NCBI GenBank assembly: GCA_026023565.1
Contig: JAPETS010000028.1
Coordinates: forward strand, 310,001-374,000
Length of the DNA: 64,000 bases
From: Cirrosporium novae-zelandiae
Lineage: Eukaryota
Reading direction: 5' to 3'
The stretch's first letter is position 1. Every line of letters begins with the position of its first letter. A program made the position numbers and the translations under genes. The notes under the pieces are model-generated. The model did not search any database. It saw nothing but the letters and a program-made list of their open reading frames with translations, and was not told the DNA's origin. Of the stretch, positions 39,911 to 51,762 are shown in pieces.

Positions 39911-40013
39911 CCATACAACCATACAACCATACAACCATACAACCATACAACCATACAACCATACAACCATACAACCATACAACCATACAACCATACAACC
40001 ATACAACCATACA
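39911..40013. repeat. (CCATACAA)n octamer tandem repeat
   Basis: 12 perfect copies plus a 7-nt partial copy. Confidence 0.97.
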
Positions 40014-42534
40014 CCCGACCGACTTACCGACTTACCGACGAAGATTCCGACCGACATACCGCCCCCATACAAGCCGACATACCACAGGATAGCCACGCGT
40101 CCTCAAAACGCCACAACCGGACTCCTAGCTCCTCTTTCCCTCGAAAAAAAAAAGGAAAAGAAAAAGAGAGGGGAGGGGGAGGAAAATATCCTTTTCACCA
40201 ACCAATCACGTTAATTATTAAAATTGTTTTGGTAAATGGGTGTGCCGTAATTGGATTGGATTGGACTGAGGAGCCTTTTTTTGAAGGGAGGTGGCTGCTT
40301 GCAATCTAGATAATAAGTGCCAAGCAAATAGTAAGGCCCCCGATCCGAGGAAGAAGAGAGGAGAGGAGAGAGGGGAAATATTGGTTGGTTAGTTGGTTTG
40401 TGGTGGAGGGTGACGGAGGATGGCGGAGGAGATGGGGGAGATTGGATTTTGGGTTTGGGGAGATGAGGTGAGATGAGATGAGGAGATATCAATATCAATA
40501 ATTTAGATATTAGACTTTTTGGCTTTTGGCTTTTTTCTTTTGTTTTCTTTTTTTCTTTTTTCGTTTGGGTTGATGATAAATGATAAATGATGATGATTCA
40601 TTTTTATTGTCCGCATACCTGTCTGTCGCCTTTAGGTTATGATCGATAAGGGTTGGGTTGGGTTGTTGGTTATTCTGTTTAACTTGGCATTTGGGTTAGG
40701 TTGGTTATATAGATAGTCGGGGTTGGTATATATGTATATTTGTATGCATATTTGTATGTATGTATGTATGTCATATATCGTAATCTGTATACCATAGATC
40801 TATCATCATCCATCATCAACATCAGCATTCAACATCAACAATTAAGTTTTAAAACTAATCTCTATCTCCATCTCCATCTCATCTCATCTCATCTCATATG
40901 CTGTGTAAGTGTATCGGGGTCTTGTATGTATGTATGTATGTATGTATGTAAGCCGGGCCAAATAAATCAAGTCAATCCACTTACTCACCTAATTCATAGA
41001 ATGAAATACTTACCTGAATCAAACAAACACGCGTCCCCCCCCCTTCCATCATCATCATCATCATCATCATTATAATCACCCATCCCATCCCATTCTCATT
41101 CATCCCGCTCCACCCATTTCAAAACTAGAAGAACGAAAAAAACCTCCGGAGTTGTTGGGGATTTCCCATTTTTTTTCCCCCGCCCTACAGAGGACTCAAG
41201 ATTCCAAGACCCAAGAATGAAAATGAAAATGAGAATGGGAATTAGGCACAGAGAGAAATAAGGATTCAGAATCAGAATCAGCTCGGAGGCACGTAATCAA
41301 AGCCACCAAAGTCATCCAGGTAACCCAGCAAGCAAGTAGACTGGACTGCGGTTCAAATCCATTAATAGCCATGTCCATGTCCATGTCCCCATTTCCGATC
41401 CCGATTCACCTTAAGGATCAAGGATCAAGGACCGGTCGGCCTTTGAACAGTGGTGTAAAGAAGTAAGCTGTATGGTTCATCAATGCCGATTCCGCTTTTT
41501 TTTTTTCATTTTTGTTATTCCTTGAAACACAGCGAGTTTGAGAGGAAGTAAAAGTGAGTAGTAGTAGGTAGGTATACTGTGTGTGGTTTCATTAATATTA
41601 TGCCATTTTTTCATTTCAACATAGATTCAAGATTCAAGACTTCAAGGAGAGCAAGAAATAAGTCGTCTTTTGAGTACATTAAAAGAAAAAGGAAAAAAAA
41701 GAGGAAAAATACACGAAAGCATTGAAAACCTCCAGTCAAGATACGAATATAGGTACTTATATGTATGTATGTAGATATGTGCATTAAGAATAAGCCAAGT
41801 AAAATATATACTTCTTTGAAGATGGAACCAATCCCCCTCCTTTCCCTTTGGCATTTTTGTGCCCAAATTTCACCCTTCGAGCATAGCAATCGTACAAAAA
41901 ACCAGGCAAAAAATAAAAGAGAAAAATAAAGCGAGGGACGCTTTGCTATCATGTTAAAATTTCCATTCAATCAATCACTTCAGTTCGCTTCGAATGACTC
42001 TCTCACACTCAGAGCTTGAAGGCCATTTCCCTACCCCTCACGCATTTCATGCATCCTAGTATGCAAAATCTGTACCATCAACAGCTCTCGAAATGTCAAA
42101 GAGTAACGTAATGTTAACGACAGCATGCAATCGACAGAATTCTGTATATCTCCTTTGCTTGTTTTTGCATCATGCCCAAAACCAAAAGAAAGTTTACTGT
42201 TTTCAGTGATAGTAAAGCTAGTATCCAATCAAAAAACTCCCAATTCCTTGTTTCCATAAAGAAAAAAACAAAAGGCACCACCAGAGTTTACTCTTTAGTA
42301 GCGACCGTAGACGTCTAGCAACAATATAATAAACAAAATAAACAAAACAGAGACGGGTATTGTATCATAAGATAAACTTGCACCGTAAAAGCAAGGCAGC
42401 AATTCCCAAGGACGTATAACAGAAGTAGGAATAAAATAAGGCTAGAACGCTCAAAATATCAGATTAACCACGATGATAAGACAGTCTGAACGTAAAGAAG
42501 CAACGAAGAACCGTTTCCTAGAGAATTATATTGC

Positions 42535-44460
42535 CTATGGCTTCTTCTCTCCCTTCTTTCTGAAACCCATCCGACTTAACGTCCTCTTCAAACCCAACTT
42601 GTCTTTTGGTGACTTTGGTGCATCAGGTAGAGGCATATTCAAGATGTCCTTCTGAGCAAAAGCATTGGCTTTTGGATTATTTGGAATTCTTCTCAGCTCA
42701 GCCTCAAGAGAATTCATCATCTTATCTGATGTCCCAATGAATTCTGGGCTCGTGGCACCGCTCTTGATGCTTCCTATTGTCATCTTCTCCAACACCGCAC
42801 GCTGTAGGTCATCACGACGCTGACGCTCCTCATCGTTTGTTAATACATGTTCCATTCCATCGGTACAGATGACCTTGGGAAGTGGCTGGGGTGGAGGCTT
42901 GCGCTTCTCCTTGCGCTTCTCTTTAGTCTCCTCCTTGCGTTCTTCTTTGCGTTCTTCTTTACGTTCTTCTTTACGTTCTTCCTTGCGCTTCTCTTTGGTC
43001 TCCTCCTTGCGTTCCTCCCTGCGCTCCTCCTTACGATCCCGTGAAGGACGATGGTGATGATGATGAGAACGTTGCTCCTTTTGGGTTTGGCTGGTCGGAT
43101 CGTTTTGCGCTAGCAACAACTGGGCTATGTGTTGCTGCTTCTTCTCCTTTTCCCTCTGGGCCTTTTTCTCCATCTCCTTGTCATATGTATCTAGACTAGG
43201 CAAGGCTGGTAGTGCACGATTGAGGTCAGGACCATGAGGAAAAGCCATACTCTTTCCTCCGCTTTGCTGTTGAGCTTCATATATCCGCGCACGTAGCGAA
43301 TTATTGCTAAATTTGCGGCGGATCGCGCTACCTCGCCACCAGTTATTACCATTCCCAGAAGTAGCAAGACTGCTCCTATCAGTACTGCAACTGCGGGTGC
43401 TATCTAAAGAAGAACGAGTTGGATGTATATATTGTTTGACGCTTTCCTTGATACTGTCACTTGTACGCGGTCTAGCTTGGTCAGAAGAGTGCCTGTAAGG
43501 CAAAGGCTGGTCAAGGTTGCTGTTAGCTACACGTCGTTTCGTGAATTCTTCCGCCATCCAAGCCCTCGCAGTAGAATTGGTTGTTTCGGTATCGTTTGGT
43601 ATTTGTTCTGAGATATTTTGCGAGATGCGCTTTGAATGTTCGGCTTCCGGTGGTGAAGCTGGAATAGAGGTTTTTGCTGTTGACCGGGAGAAACGATCAG
43701 GATCACATGTGGTATTCCTACTCGTTGTATTGGAGGACGAACTGTGACCCGACTGATCTGCACCTATTCCCGATGTCTTCGGACGCATACCGAGTACTGC
43801 TCGGATATTCGACTGTTCCACATCCTCATGCCCATCTGCCGTACGGGGTCTACCCGTCATTGGAGGCTCAAGACCACTGTTTGAAAATTGCCGTTCGTGC
43901 GAGCGCGTCGATTTCGTTCGATTGATATTGGACGCATTTTCGTTAGGGACAAGGCGCGGTGGCGGAGGTGCCTTTGACTTCTCATGCGACAATACCCTTT
44001 GATGTTTAACATGGGCTGGCTCCGATTTTGTTTTCCATAGATCACTGCTGCCTCTATGTTCACCTTCACTTTTGCGATGGCCGTCGGACTTCTGTCCCTG
44101 GACTATCAAGGTGCAGACCTGGCGCAATTCTCGTTCGGTTCGCAGAGGAAGAACGGGCCGATCAATGTATTCAGAGTGAGAGTTTGGGGTGGTAAACCAG
44201 GATGAGTCGGAGTAATAGTCTCCATGATCACCACCGAATTTCTGGAGCACATTAGCCAAGTCTACGTCCCGAACACTTCAGGATAAACAGAGTAAAGAAT
44301 AAGAAAAGGACAATTTGAAGTGGCAGGATGATAGGTAGAGTATGAACATATCAAAATGTCCAAAGTGGTTGGATACTGACTGGGATAGAGATGAAATGAT
44401 TCAAAAACTTCCGCTTCATCATGGTGGATAGATTTATCTTGGCCCCCAAAGTTGATGGCC
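42535..44460 (-). CDS. Uncharacterised, largely disordered protein with a KE/RE tandem repeat; 5' end uncertain
   Basis: 574-codon open frame 44259-42535. Intron 44380-44262 (gtcagt...gtag) extends it to HDEAEVFESFHLYPN. Contains PDLNRALPALP and a (KEER)n repeat. Confidence 0.75.
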
Positions 44461-47458
44461 TATTTCAAGCTTGAGGCAGTTTCTCAATGGTGTAAGCTTG
44501 AAGAAAGAAGGGGCATAAGGGAAGTGATCTTGGTTGAGTGTTGAGAAGGTCTCAAAACGGAGAGGATGCCATGCACGGTGGCTGCAGTAATTGAATATGG
44601 TATAGCGATTATCACCTTGTGACTGGGGAACGACGAGGGCCTTCTTTTTTGGAGGCCACAGTATGGTGGCTTCGTGAAGTGGAGAGGGCTATTGTGCCCA
44701 ATCACCTGAAATGGTTTTCTTTAGATGCTGTGCCTCAACTCAATCCTGGGAGTCGCCAACGTGGGAAATGGGAAAGTGCAGATAATGTGTATGAGAAATG
44801 AATTCTAGCGGCGACGAAGTTTATAGACATAACTGTAAGCAAATAGAGTAGTGTGGAGATGCAACACCTTCTGGACTGAGAAGATGTTGGTAAGAAAAGT
44901 ACTGGGAAAGTACAGTTACTTTGAAAGGAAAAGAATGTGGTAAAAAGGTCAAAAATGACCAAAAATGACCAAAAATGACCGCGCTGCGCCCAAGGTCCAA
45001 GATCAAGGTCTGCGGGAATAGGAATAGAAGCGTATGAAAGTGTACGAGAGCGTATGAGAGCGCGTGAGTGAGGGAGTGGAATGGGTTGACTATGGTGGGT
45101 TAATGGTGCCTACATGGAGTCTACAGGGTGCCTACCAACTGTATTTCGAATTATTTTTACGGTATCGGTATTGTTAGCTGTTACATGTCTTGGCAAGTGT
45201 TTTGCATTTTTCAGTGGTGGCACCACATCGCGACCACTCCGACCACTTACTGGAAATAATTTAAATTTGCCACTCTGCTCATCGTTCCACCAGCCAAAGT
45301 AGTACTAAGTAATGACTAGGTATAAGTATCATAAATTGCCTTTTAATTGCAGCTCTCCCATCTCTCCTCCAAGAAGTCTTCTCCAAAATCAAGCGTGTCA
45401 AGCTACTACTAAGTGCCATGTAAGCTTGCTTGGCTTTGTTCCCACCCCCGGACCAATTGAACCAATTAAACCAATGAAATCCATTCAACCGATTATTTAA
45501 AGAGACGGAAAGGAAAAGACCGGGTAAAAAAAAATAACAGGTAGCTATCTAGGTCAACAGCTAAGCAGCTTTCAGCAACTAAGCAAGGGTTTTAAAACAT
45601 CCCATACATCCCATACAGCAGTAATTAGTACAGGTCATACAGGTCCATACCGGCCCATACAGGTCATACAGAGAAGCCAGTCATACCGAGCTATCAAGTC
45701 CAATCGATCGTTTCTTATTTTTGCTAATCGTTCGTCCCTCACATCCTCAACCCATATTTCTACCTAGTTGCTTCCTCGCAGGGTTTGGTCAGGTACAGGC
45801 ATGTTACCCACCCCCTTATTGCTCTGGCCCTGCTTTGCTCCTACTGTTACAGTTACTATTACTGATTCCACACCCACTGTTACTAGGGGAAAAACCACGC
45901 CACTTGTCTCCAGTGAAAGACTGAGCAGCTTTATCATGGCACTTACGGGCTACCAAAACGGTCGATTCCAACCGCCATGCTCTGATAGGAATGCTGGATA
46001 AAAGGCGTATTGTTAATGACGCTGTTCGCCAATAAGGAGTTGGACCAGGTAGGATCAGTAGGAATCAACCAACGGCTGCGCACATGTACATATGTAGGAT
46101 CTTGCATATGTGCGGGATGAGCCAAAGGAAAGAGAGATGGGAACAAGCCCATGTCCGTGCGATACTCGGTCGGTACATTGGTACAGAAGAGAGACAAGTC
46201 AAAAAATTAAAAAACCATGGTTAAATTAGTAACAGCGACGGCGCATTCTTTTAAGTTGATGCTATTCCTTTCTCATCATTCCCCGGATTTCAATTCCTGG
46301 ACGAGAAACGAATCAGACTCTCTCATCCATCAAGATAATTCAGCGGAAACCTTCGTATGGCTTTGTGCGTTGCTTATGGATTGATGGATTGGTTGCATTC
46401 TTTCTGTACTCGTACTCATCAAAATTCTTTCTAACAAAAGTAGCCAAACAGTGTCCATGATACCCTAGTGCATTCTGATACTTGCTGAGACCATACAGGG
46501 AGATGGAAAGGAGATGGCCAATTGGATAGTTAATTCTTTCTATCTGTCGTCCCACATGGTTTCATCTCGAATCTTACTATCTAGAGGCCTTAAAGATCAC
46601 TCGTCCTCGTAACCAAAGGCTAGCCTTGATCATGTGGAAAATCAATTCCAACAAAGATGGATATTTTATTCTGGTTAAGACGATTCAAACTTTTTTACTT
46701 GGCACCAGAAACAAAAGAAAAAAAGAAACAGGGTTTTTATCTTTGCGCAAGTGAATTTTCCGTAAGTTCCGGTCAAAATGTCCGAATCCTTGTCCTCGTG
46801 TCTTCCCACTAACACACGCGTGGTTTGTACTGTAATAAAAATAAAAATAATACTGACTGTATGGTACATGATAAACTGTATCAATGGTTCAATTGTCATC
46901 TCGATGCCCTGCAACAACGACCACTACTACTATATAATTATCTCATGGATAAGATTAGTATTATTATGTAACTCTAGATTTTTTATTATCAAAGTTTTTT
47001 TCATTGTTTTTAGAAATAAGTCGTAATCTGATCTAGGTTAACCATCCTGCCGTCTTTTCTTCCACTCATCGGTGCCATCAGTGCCATCTCCTGCTGAACT
47101 CTGCTCAACCGGTAGCAAGTGTAACCGATGCCTGGTGGCCTTTGCGCATTCATTCACCAACACCTGCCAACGAAGCTGAAACTTGATCTCTATCTCATCT
47201 ATCTCATTTATCAACGTCTACTTTTTTATTATACCCAACTACCGTGCCTTGGCATTGGCTGAGTTACTCAATACAACTTCATTCTCAAAATATCCCATCA
47301 CACCTTTCATGTAAAGGAGCATTGTAAGTTCAATTAAGCGTGAAACAAGCTGGCATGCTCCCAAAGTTGAGTTATGGAGTCAATCCTTTCTCGGATGCCA
47401 AATGGAACAGGGTCCGGGAAAGTACACCAGTATGACCAGGTAAAAAAAAAACTACAGC

Positions 47459-47815
47459 ATGAATCCAGAACGCTGCAGTCTTGAAAGCTTCTTCACACAT
47501 CCCCCCACCCCCGTATCACCCAATGCACCCGTATCGCAACAGCCCCATAGGTAGGAGACCCTGAGTGATTCATGGCATACGTAATCCATAAGACAGCTCC
47601 ATAGATTAAACCGTAGAGCCTCCTTGCTTAACATTCGTCCTTCCGCTACTTCGTACATATTGCCGACCTCCAATAATAATGCTTCGATTTCTCGGCCACC
47701 GATTCCCTCGCCTCATCTACCCGTTCAAACCCTCCCGCCCTTTACAATTTTGCTCTCTGGGGTAAAGATAAAGATGGCTGTCGAGGCGCAGCTACAATCA
47801 TCGCATTCCAAATAA
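47459..47815 (+). CDS. Candidate small spliced ORF, 96 aa (exons 47459-47550, 47617-47815)
   Basis: An AG|gtagga...cgtag|A intron joins MNPERCSLESFFTHPP... in frame to the 47624-47815 ORF. The branch point is weak. Confidence 0.35.
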
Positions 47816-47949
47816 TCGAAGGATTTGAAGAAGGGTCCTCACCCGTTGTATCGGTTTTAACATCACTTGGGCCAGAATCAGCTTCTGTCCATTCACTATA
47901 TCGTCCCTCAGCCGCTGATCGCCAGTCCCAAGGAATATCCATTTTGTAT

Positions 47950-49663
47950 TTACCACGCTGTAATATCATCCACCTCCGCCTCTCCAAATGTGCTGCTTTT
48001 AGTGAGCTTTCCTACGCTTGCGTCTACCGCCTCTTTCCCAGGTGATGACATGATGTCAGGGAGTACATCTCTGAGGAATTCTAAGATGTGATGATTGACT
48101 TGTTCAAACTGTAACAGAAAGGCGTCATGTCCTTCGGGACTCTCAATCTTCCGTAATCGAGCTTTTGGTATACCTGCTGCAATCTCCTCTTGTTCCGCGA
48201 ATGTGAAGAGCCCATCGCTTTCAATTCCAAGGACCAATGTTGGCTGCTGAATTTGAGACAAAGCATTCAGTACGGCTGTCGGGGAATTCGGGTTGGCTCG
48301 ATTACGAGACACGTCATGGGTATCTAATTTGCGAGTGATATGAAGATAACAGTTGCTGTCGAAACGCTTCACAAATTTTTCTCCTTGATATCTCAAGTAG
48401 GATTGGGCGGAGAAATATGTGATAGCACGCTTTCTTTCGGCTGGAGGTGTTGGGGGACTAAAAGTTCTGGCTCCATTGAATTGGGGATCTGTAAATTGGA
48501 TGCGATCTTCATGGTTGGGATTCAGGAACAGGCTTCCATCGGTAGAGGAACTATCCGAGCTGTTTTGACTTGAAGGGCGAGAGTGTCGTCGTCTTTTGTT
48601 GCCGTCATTGTGTGCTTCCCAATATGGATTGGACGGGATTCCGGACCGAATTGGATCATTTGCTTTCTTTCTCTTGGAAGCATCTGCACTGTTCCGACCA
48701 AATCGGGCCTCGAATGAATCTCGGCTACGATAGGTAAGAAGAGCTGCCATGCGAGCTGCCCCAAGACCTGCTGCTGGAGGATCCTCAAATGTGTAGTAAC
48801 CATCATCGTACTTTGGGTCACTGTAGATGCTCTGCCTCTGAGCTTCGCCCCAGCTAATCCCCCAAGCACTATGTCGAGCCGATGTTGCAATTGGTATGAT
48901 GGCTCGAACATAATCAGGGCCAAAGTATGCATATTCAAGCACCAGCATACCGCCCATTGAGCCTCCAATTACAGCAGCGATTTGTTTCACCCCAAGATCT
49001 TCTAGGATTAATCGATGGATACTAAACTAGAGTTAACACTGAACAGATCAAGGATCTATATTCTTAGACTTACTTGACATCATCCCTGATTGTAGTAGGG
49101 GGGAATTCGGGCCCATAGGTCCCTTTGGATGGATCGCCGTCTTTGTTTGTTACAGGGCTTGCACTCCCATATGGGCTGCCTAAGCTGTTCAAGCAGACGA
49201 CGAAAAACCTTGTCACATCAAAGGCTTGACCAGGTCCCCCAATTAAAGGGCCCCACCAGTCACTAACGTCTGCGCTGCCACTCAATGCATGGCAAATCAC
49301 CATGGCATTGTTGCCCTCTTCCGAAAGAGTGCCTTTCGTTGTATAAGCGACAGGGACATTGTAAAGAGTCTCGCCTGACTCAAGTGTGAAGGATGGGACA
49401 ATAGCAATGTGTTGATCGGGAACAAGTTTGGCAAACTGGTTCTCAGGTTGTTCGGCGATCCTCTCTACGGGATTTAGTATTCATTTCAACCGGTTGGGAT
49501 GAGCAATGAGGGGAAATTGAAATTGATCAATGGTAATTGGGATCTTCAACAAAAGGGGGGGATTGTACTGACCAAACTTCTGTCCCTTCTGAGACCCACT
49601 CGATGGTGGTGTCTTCTGCATAATTCGATAATTTTTGGTGTAAGAAGGATCAGGGACAGTCAT
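47950..49663 (-). CDS. MET2: Homoserine O-acetyltransferase (exons 49663-49573, 49464-49074, 49021-47950)
   Basis: ICHALSGS, nucleophile motif GGSMGG, LGIESDGLF and GHDAFLL. Confidence 0.97.
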
Positions 49664-50492
49664 ATCTCTAGGGGACAAGGAATTAAAGTAAAAAATTATA
49701 ATTTTGACATTGTAGATAGAGTGAATGAGTCGGGCATTGCGGCTGTTTTTCACATTTTGCGTGAATGATGACATTGCACGTGCAGGGGGACTAGATGGGC
49801 ATGGAAGCTGCATAGTGGGGCCTAGCAAGTCCGATTCGGAGAGGCCATTGATAGTTGAGCAATGGTTTGCTGCTTAGGCACACCACTTCTTACAAACACT
49901 ACTGCTGTTCTCCCAGAAACTCATTGTTATTGATGGATGATATTACTTAGTCTTATGATATAACAGATAATCATATTTGTCAACCATTTTAGATAATGCA
50001 GGATTAGTATTTGCAGAAATTATGAGCTCTGTCAGCTTTTCAATTTGTCATACCCCGACTTATATCCATCTGTCCGTTGGTACTGAGGAGGGGTTTCCCA
50101 TATCTTTCAACCAAAAGAGCGGCATGTTCTCCAGCCGTTTTCATTTCTCTTCAAACTTCGTAATTTCTTTGACCTTTTATGTTACGGCCTTGCAGACATC
50201 CCTTGCTGCTCTGCAGCCTACCGCAATTGTTTACCACTTCAGGAACAGCACTGATGAGTGCCAAGTTAGGATGTTTGCCTTAAGACAGCTTTGGATTATC
50301 ATCTATATAACTTGAAAGTAGTAGGCAATCATTAATGGATACTCAAATCGCAAGCCATCACAGTATACAGATACATTGTCTTCCAAGATTTCTTCTGTTG
50401 TCAGCTAGGCACCGAACCACCATCTAACAATTTATTGCAACCAATCCCAGTCTTTGGGCCAGTAGAAGACTTTTCTACTTCATTCCGAGGCT

Positions 50493-51248
50493 ATGGCATC
50501 AATACAATCCAAACGAAGACCCGCACTGATTCCAAGTGCAGCCTCTCTATCGGAAGAGGATACAAGAGATATCATTTGGAATAGGACTGGATTTCCACCA
50601 GTTCCACCACCAGACACTGCAAAGTGCCATTTGAGAATTGCAGCAGAAATTGCAACGGAACATCAAGAGGGTGTCACTTCTGACTATAACTCTTCTCGCC
50701 AAGTCTATGATGGGTCCAAGGTATGTTATTCAGCGGGAGACCTTCCATACACTATACGAAGGAAGTCTACCACCTCTTCCGGTAGCTGCGGCTCGGAAGA
50801 CCTAAATCGAAGCGACGTGGATGTCCGCCATGAAAATAAGCGCAACCGATCTGCATTCTCTGAACAAGAACATCTGAGTTATTTTCCTGAGATGGAGTTT
50901 GATATCCCGCATGTCAGCGAGATTGACCGCTTTGGAAATGATCATGAGATAACTGCACTAAACGGTGTCTTTGAGTCTACATCACAGAACAGTCCTTTTC
51001 AGAAGGTACGGTCTCCTCACCGAGTATCACGAGATTTAGTTCTAATTGAAGCACCATCAAGCCTAGAAGAACCCCTCGCCCACATATCACGATTTCCATA
51101 CCTAGATCTAGCAACAATTCAAAAGTTCCTTCTATTTGTGGAGTCTCGCCTCGAGACACCTCTGATATACCAATATGGAGCAGCTGATTGGTTCCAAAAC
51201 AACTGTAATTCAAGTAAGCGGAAGTTGTTTTCTGTTCTGGTCTATTAG
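50493..51248 (+). CDS. Hypothetical protein (251-aa ORF; may be spliced near its 3' end)
   Basis: Long ATG-initiated ORF with no recognised motif. A gtaagc donor-like site lies at about 51214. Confidence 0.45.
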   Translation: MASIQSKRRPALIPSAASLSEEDTRDIIWNRTGFPPVPPPDTAKCHLRIAAEIATEHQEGVTSDYNSSRQVYDGSKVCYSAGDLPYTIRRKSTTSSGSCGSEDLNRSDVDVRHENKRNRSAFSEQEHLSYFPEMEFDIPHVSEIDRFGNDHEITALNGVFESTSQNSPFQKVRSPHRVSRDLVLIEAPSSLEEPLAHISRFPYLDLATIQKFLLFVESRLETPLIYQYGAADWFQNNCNSSKRKLFSVLVY

Positions 51249-51762
51249 GCATAATGGCTGGTGGGATCTAAGAAGATATCTAGCTCCATAATTTGAAAGG
51301 TTAATATTACTAAACTATGACACGCATACTTTGGATAATGAAAAGAATAGCTTCAATGAAATTAGTTATACAGGTATAATTATGCACTCGAACAATTATT
51401 GTGTAAATATTGCCATATCGGACTAAGCCATTCAGCTAAAACAGCAATAAGTATGCTAACCTCTTAGGGTGAGATTTTGCATTGATTTTTAGGTATTTGA
51501 ATGTACAGGCCAAACAATATCCACCTGCTGTGTGTGTATGATGGGATGATGGGTTTGCTCATCTCAATTAAGGACGCACGGACCATGCCGTTTTCGGTTA
51601 AGAAACGCGCCACATGAGAGTAACAACGCTGAAGCTTGGAGCTTGATTCTCAATCGCATACACGCAAGAAATCTATTCATCATCACACTCATATCGCCGA
51701 TGGACCACCGATCGTAATTAAGTCAACAAGTGCTATCATAACTTCACATCACCTATCTCGAT

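Noticed and set aside
39911..40013. Repeat array as a CRISPR or telomere
   Set aside because: There are no spacers, the context is eukaryotic, the unit is not TTAGGG, and the array is internal.
39798..40096. ORFs with repeating MVVWLYGC, WMWM and CGCG peptides
   Set aside because: They are translations of the CCATACAA and CCACAT tandem repeats, with no sign of coding.
47165..47200. gctgaaacttgatct resembling part of a TPP riboswitch
   Set aside because: The other conserved aptamer elements and stems are missing, and no thiamine gene is adjacent.
49664..49828. In-frame upstream ATGs extending MET2
   Set aside because: The extension crosses AT-rich promoter-like sequence and putative transcription-factor sites, so it probably lies upstream of the TSS.
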